Shown here one piece after another: positions 15,498-17,976 of a stretch of 17,976 nt of DNA. Both the position numbers and the translations under genes were made by a program. The notes beneath the pieces were generated by a model, which was not told where the DNA came from, ran no database searches, and saw nothing but the letters and a program-made list of their open reading frames with translations. Position 1 is the stretch's first letter. Each line of letters begins with the position of its first letter. Location: assembly GCF_003334385.1 (NCBI RefSeq), contig NZ_QOWN01000062.1; one strand, 5' to 3'. The stretch comes from Escherichia coli (GTDB lineage Bacteria; Pseudomonadota; Gammaproteobacteria; Enterobacterales; Enterobacteriaceae).

Positions 15498-15728
15498 ATG
15501 AAAAAAATCATAGTTTTTTTTAACTCTGAACCAGCAGTGGTAGTGCCAGCGATGACTGGAGTTAACACCATCATGCGTGAATATCCAAATGGCGAAAAAA
15601 CACACCTTACTGTAATGGCCGCAGGGTTTCCATCTCTGACCGGAGATCATAAAGTCATTTATGTAGCCGCGGATCGACATGTTACTTCAGAAGAAATTCT
15701 GGAAGCAGCAATAAGGCTCTTGAGTTGA
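15498..15728 (+). CDS. Hypothetical 76-aa protein
   Basis: Internal ATG of track ORF 15456..15728: MKKIIVFFNSEPAVVVPAMTGVNTIMREYPNGEKTHLTVMAAGFPSLTGDHKVIYVAADRHVTSEEILEAAIRLLS. Starts just after a terminator. I recall no gene at this position in K-12 Qin. Confidence 0.45.
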   Translation: MKKIIVFFNSEPAVVVPAMTGVNTIMREYPNGEKTHLTVMAAGFPSLTGDHKVIYVAADRHVTSEEILEAAIRLLS

Positions 15729-15896
15729 TTTGATGCTATTGCATTGATAATTCAGGAAAATTCTCTTTGTCTGTTTGTGTAAAATTTAGACTATCGTATG
15801 TTGATTATTGCGATGTTTCATCTTATCTTTTACACGTTTGCACCATATAATCGACTTACTGTGTAACTGGAAAGTCATAACAGACTAAAAGAGGAA

Positions 15897-16073
15897 ATGA
15901 TGAATATTGAAAACTTAAAAACAAAAGCAGAAGCAGATATTTCTGAATATATAACAAAAAAAATTATTGAACTTAAGAAAAAGACCGGGAAAGAAGTTAC
16001 CAGTATTCAGTTTACCGCACGGGAAAAAATGACGGGTCTTGAAAGCTATGATGTCAAGATTAATTTAATCTGA
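15897..16073 (+). CDS. gnsB: GnsB-like protein (58 aa)
   Basis: Manual translation MMNIENLKTKAEADISEYITKKIIELKKKTGKEVTSIQFTAREKMTGLESYDVKINLI; AGAGGA Shine-Dalgarno. Resembles GnsA/GnsB. Under 60 aa, so absent from the ORF track. Confidence 0.8.
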   Translation: MMNIENLKTKAEADISEYITKKIIELKKKTGKEVTSIQFTAREKMTGLESYDVKINLI

Positions 16074-16224
16074 TGTATTCAATAATAAAATTTATCCATA
16101 AACCTCGTTTTTACGGGGTTTTGTTATATTTGAATGGTTCCGAATATCTAAATCACAATTGTTGATGGTTTTTATTAAACCAATGCAGTCCGGCCCAGGA
16201 GTGAGAGAAGCCGGACGTTATGGT

Positions 16225-16635
16225 TTAGCGTGGTAAGATCTGTGTAGTTTTCTGGATGCTTTCAGTAAATAGTAATGAATTATCAAAGGTATAGTAATAT
16301 CTTTTTTGTTCGTGGATATTTGTAACCCACCGAAAAACTCCTGCTTTAGCAAGGTTTCTTCTGTATTCCTGAAATGTGATCTCTCTGGATTTCAGCTTAT
16401 TAGAGGTCGTTTCTATAAGATGCCTATCCTTTGAAAATTTGACAGACACAATGTTTTTTAGGCCCTTTAATAACACTGTATTATCATTTTTTAATACAAT
16501 ATGAACATTCTCTGTGGCTAAATAGTAAATGTAATGTGAGACATTGTGACGTTTTAGCTCAGAATAAAACCATTGATAGTTTAAATCGTTTCGAACTTTA
16601 TCAAATATTTGTTTAAAAATGACTACCTGATCCAT
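16225..16635 (-). CDS. ydfO: YdfO-like protein (136 aa from the ATG at 16635)
   Basis: Track ORF 16225..16650; internal Met with GGAAGG Shine-Dalgarno gives [49 protein letters not shown]..., recognised as YdfO. Confidence 0.8.
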
Positions 16636-16692
16636 AGATAAACCTTCCATGTGATATGAGGGGGCGTAGTCTGCACGATTATCTAAATTGCT

Positions 16693-16926
16693 TCAATCTG
16701 GTCTGACCTGTTTTCTGAGCAATTCAGTAATGTCACTCTTTTCTTTGTTTGCTTCAGAAGAAACTCTTTTTTCTGAGCACAGTCTCCGGCGGCAGGCTTC
16801 AATGACCCAGGCTGAGAAATTCCCGGACCCTTTTTGCTCAAGAGCGATGTTAATTTGTTCAATCATTTGGTTAGGAAAGCGGATGTTGCGGGTTGTTGTT
16901 CTGCGGGTTTTGTTCTTCGTTGACAT
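16693..16926 (-). CDS. Ribbon-helix-helix (Arc/CopG-like) DNA-binding protein, 77 aa (possibly ynfO)
   Basis: Track ORF with a basic N-terminus and an RHH-like segment TRNIRFPNQMIEQINIALEQKGSGNFSAWVIEACRRRL. Lies next to cos and nohA. Confidence 0.6.
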   Translation of the reverse strand: MSTKNKTRRTTTRNIRFPNQMIEQINIALEQKGSGNFSAWVIEACRRRLCSEKRVSSEANKEKSDITELLRKQVRPD

Positions 16927-17089
16927 GAGGTTGCCCCGTATTCAGTGTCGCTGATTTGTATTGTCTGAAGTTGTTTTTACGTTAAGTTGATGCAGATCAA
17001 TTAATACGATACCTGCGTCATAATTGATTATTTGACGTGGTTTGATGGCGTAGATGCACGTTGTGACATATAGATGATAATTATTATCA

Positions 17090-17314
17090 TTTTGCGGGTC
17101 CTTTCCGGCGATCCGACAGGTTACGGGGCGGCGACCTCGCGGGTTTTCGCTATTTATGAAAATTTTCCGGTTTAAGGCGTTTCCGTTCTTCTTTGCCGTA
17201 ACTTAATGTTTTTATTTAAAACACCCTCTGAAAAGAAAGGAAACGACAGGTGCTGAAAACGAGCTTTTTGGCCTCTGTCGTTTCCTTTCTCTGTTTTTGT
17301 CCGTGGAATGAACA
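17090..17314 (+). promoter_or_regulatory. Lambda-type cos site: cosQ, cosN (12-nt cohesive end GGGCGGCGACCT at 17126-17137) and cosB up to the Nu1 start
   Basis: ...CGGGTCCTTTCCGGCGATCCGACAGGTTACG | GGGCGGCGACCT | CGCGGGTTTTCGCTATTTATGAAAATTTTCC... matches the right and left ends of the phage lambda genome as I remember them, then runs into the Nu1 start. Confidence 0.8.
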
Positions 17315-17860
17315 ATGGAAGTCAACAAAAAGCAGCTGGCTGACATTTTCGGCGCGACTATCCGTACCATTCAGAACTGGCAGGAGCAGGGAATGCCCGT
17401 TCTGCGGGGTGGTGGCAAGGGTAATGAAGTGCTTTATGACTCTGCCGCCGCCATAAAATGGTATGCCGAAAGGGATGCTGAAATTGAGAACGAAAAGCTG
17501 CGCCGGGAAGTTGAAGAACTGCGGCAGGCCAGCGAGACAGATCTCCAGCCAGGGACTATTGAGTACGAACGCCATCGACTTACGCGTGCGCAGGCCGACG
17601 CACAGGAGCTGAAAAATGCCAGAGACTCCGCTGAAGTGGTGGAAACCGCATTCTGTACTTTCGTGCTGTCGCGGATCGCAGGTGAAATTGCCAGTATTCT
17701 CGACGGGATCCCCCTGTCGGTGCAGCGGCGTTTTCCGGAACTGGAAAACCGACATGTTGATTTCCTGAAACGGGATATCATCAAAGCCATGAACAAAGCA
17801 GCCGCGCTGGATGAACTGATACCGGGGTTGCTGAGTGAATATATCGAACAGTCAGGTTAA
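17315..17860 (+). CDS. nohA: Terminase small subunit Nu1 (NohA), 181 aa
   Basis: MEVNKKQLADIFGATIRTIQNWQEQGMPVLRGGGKGNEVLYDSAAAIKWYAERDAEIENEKLRREVEEL... is near-identical to lambda Nu1. Confidence 0.92.
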   Translation: MEVNKKQLADIFGATIRTIQNWQEQGMPVLRGGGKGNEVLYDSAAAIKWYAERDAEIENEKLRREVEELRQASETDLQPGTIEYERHRLTRAQADAQELKNARDSAEVVETAFCTFVLSRIAGEIASILDGIPLSVQRRFPELENRHVDFLKRDIIKAMNKAAALDELIPGLLSEYIEQSG

Positions 17861-17976
17861 CAGGCTGCGGCATTTTGTCCGCGCCGGGCTTCGCTCACTG
17901 TTCAGGCCGGAGCCACAGACCGCCGTTGAATGGGCGGATGCCAATTACTATCTCCCGAAAGAATCCGCATACCAGG
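17835..17976 (+). CDS. Terminase large subunit (gpA-like), N-terminal 47 codons; continues beyond the window; GTG start
   Basis: From GTG at 17835: (M/V)NISNSQVNRLRHFVRAGLRSLFRPEPQTAVEWADANYYLPKESAYQ matches the lambda gpA N-terminus. Overlaps the Nu1 3' end by 26 nt as in lambda. Confidence 0.8.
   Translation, partial: MNISNSQVNRLRHFVRAGLRSLFRPEPQTAVEWADANYYLPKESAYQ

Noticed and set aside
16074-16110. Terminator downstream of gnsB
   Set aside because: Only a 3-bp stem could be drawn (CGT...ACG) before the T-run; too weak to annotate.
17216-17796. Track ORFs on the - strand (179 aa and 120 aa)
   Set aside because: Antisense to the Nu1/NohA gene and the cos region, both of which match lambda.

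Overview
This 17,976-bp window is a cryptic lambdoid prophage segment that closely resembles the Qin-type prophage of Escherichia coli, with a different gene content from the K-12 copy as I remember it. All names come from reading the sequence and translations against memory; no database search or folding was run. Left to right: (1) a minus-strand division-inhibition operon ydfA-ydfB-(ydfC)-DicF sRNA-dicB-ydfD-ydfE, with a DicA-like repressor upstream and a divergent DicC (Cro-like) gene; (2) a replication module: a CII-position ORF, a replisome-organizer gene carrying five in-gene iterons, a 140-aa hypothetical, and a methyltransferase broken by an in-frame stop; (3) about 1 kb of small genes each interrupted by one in-frame stop, a small membrane ORF, and an IS-type DDE transposase; (4) flxA with a sigma-28 promoter, relB-relE with the relO operator, hokD and rem; (5) cold-shock paralogs (cspF-like, cspB, cspI) with small zinc-ribbon partners; (6) a phage-21-type lysis cassette (dual-start pinholin, ydfR, SAR endolysin, Rz with embedded Rz1); (7) morons gnsB, ydfO and an RHH protein; (8) a lambda-type cos site, Nu1/NohA and the start of the terminase large subunit. 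I found no rRNA, tRNA or CRISPR array and no Q antiterminator gene. I do not see a clear new multi-gene defence system. The best candidates for undescribed biology are the run of nonsense-interrupted genes at 5279-6533, the antisense membrane ORF inside the dicB operon, and several unnamed small ORFs.
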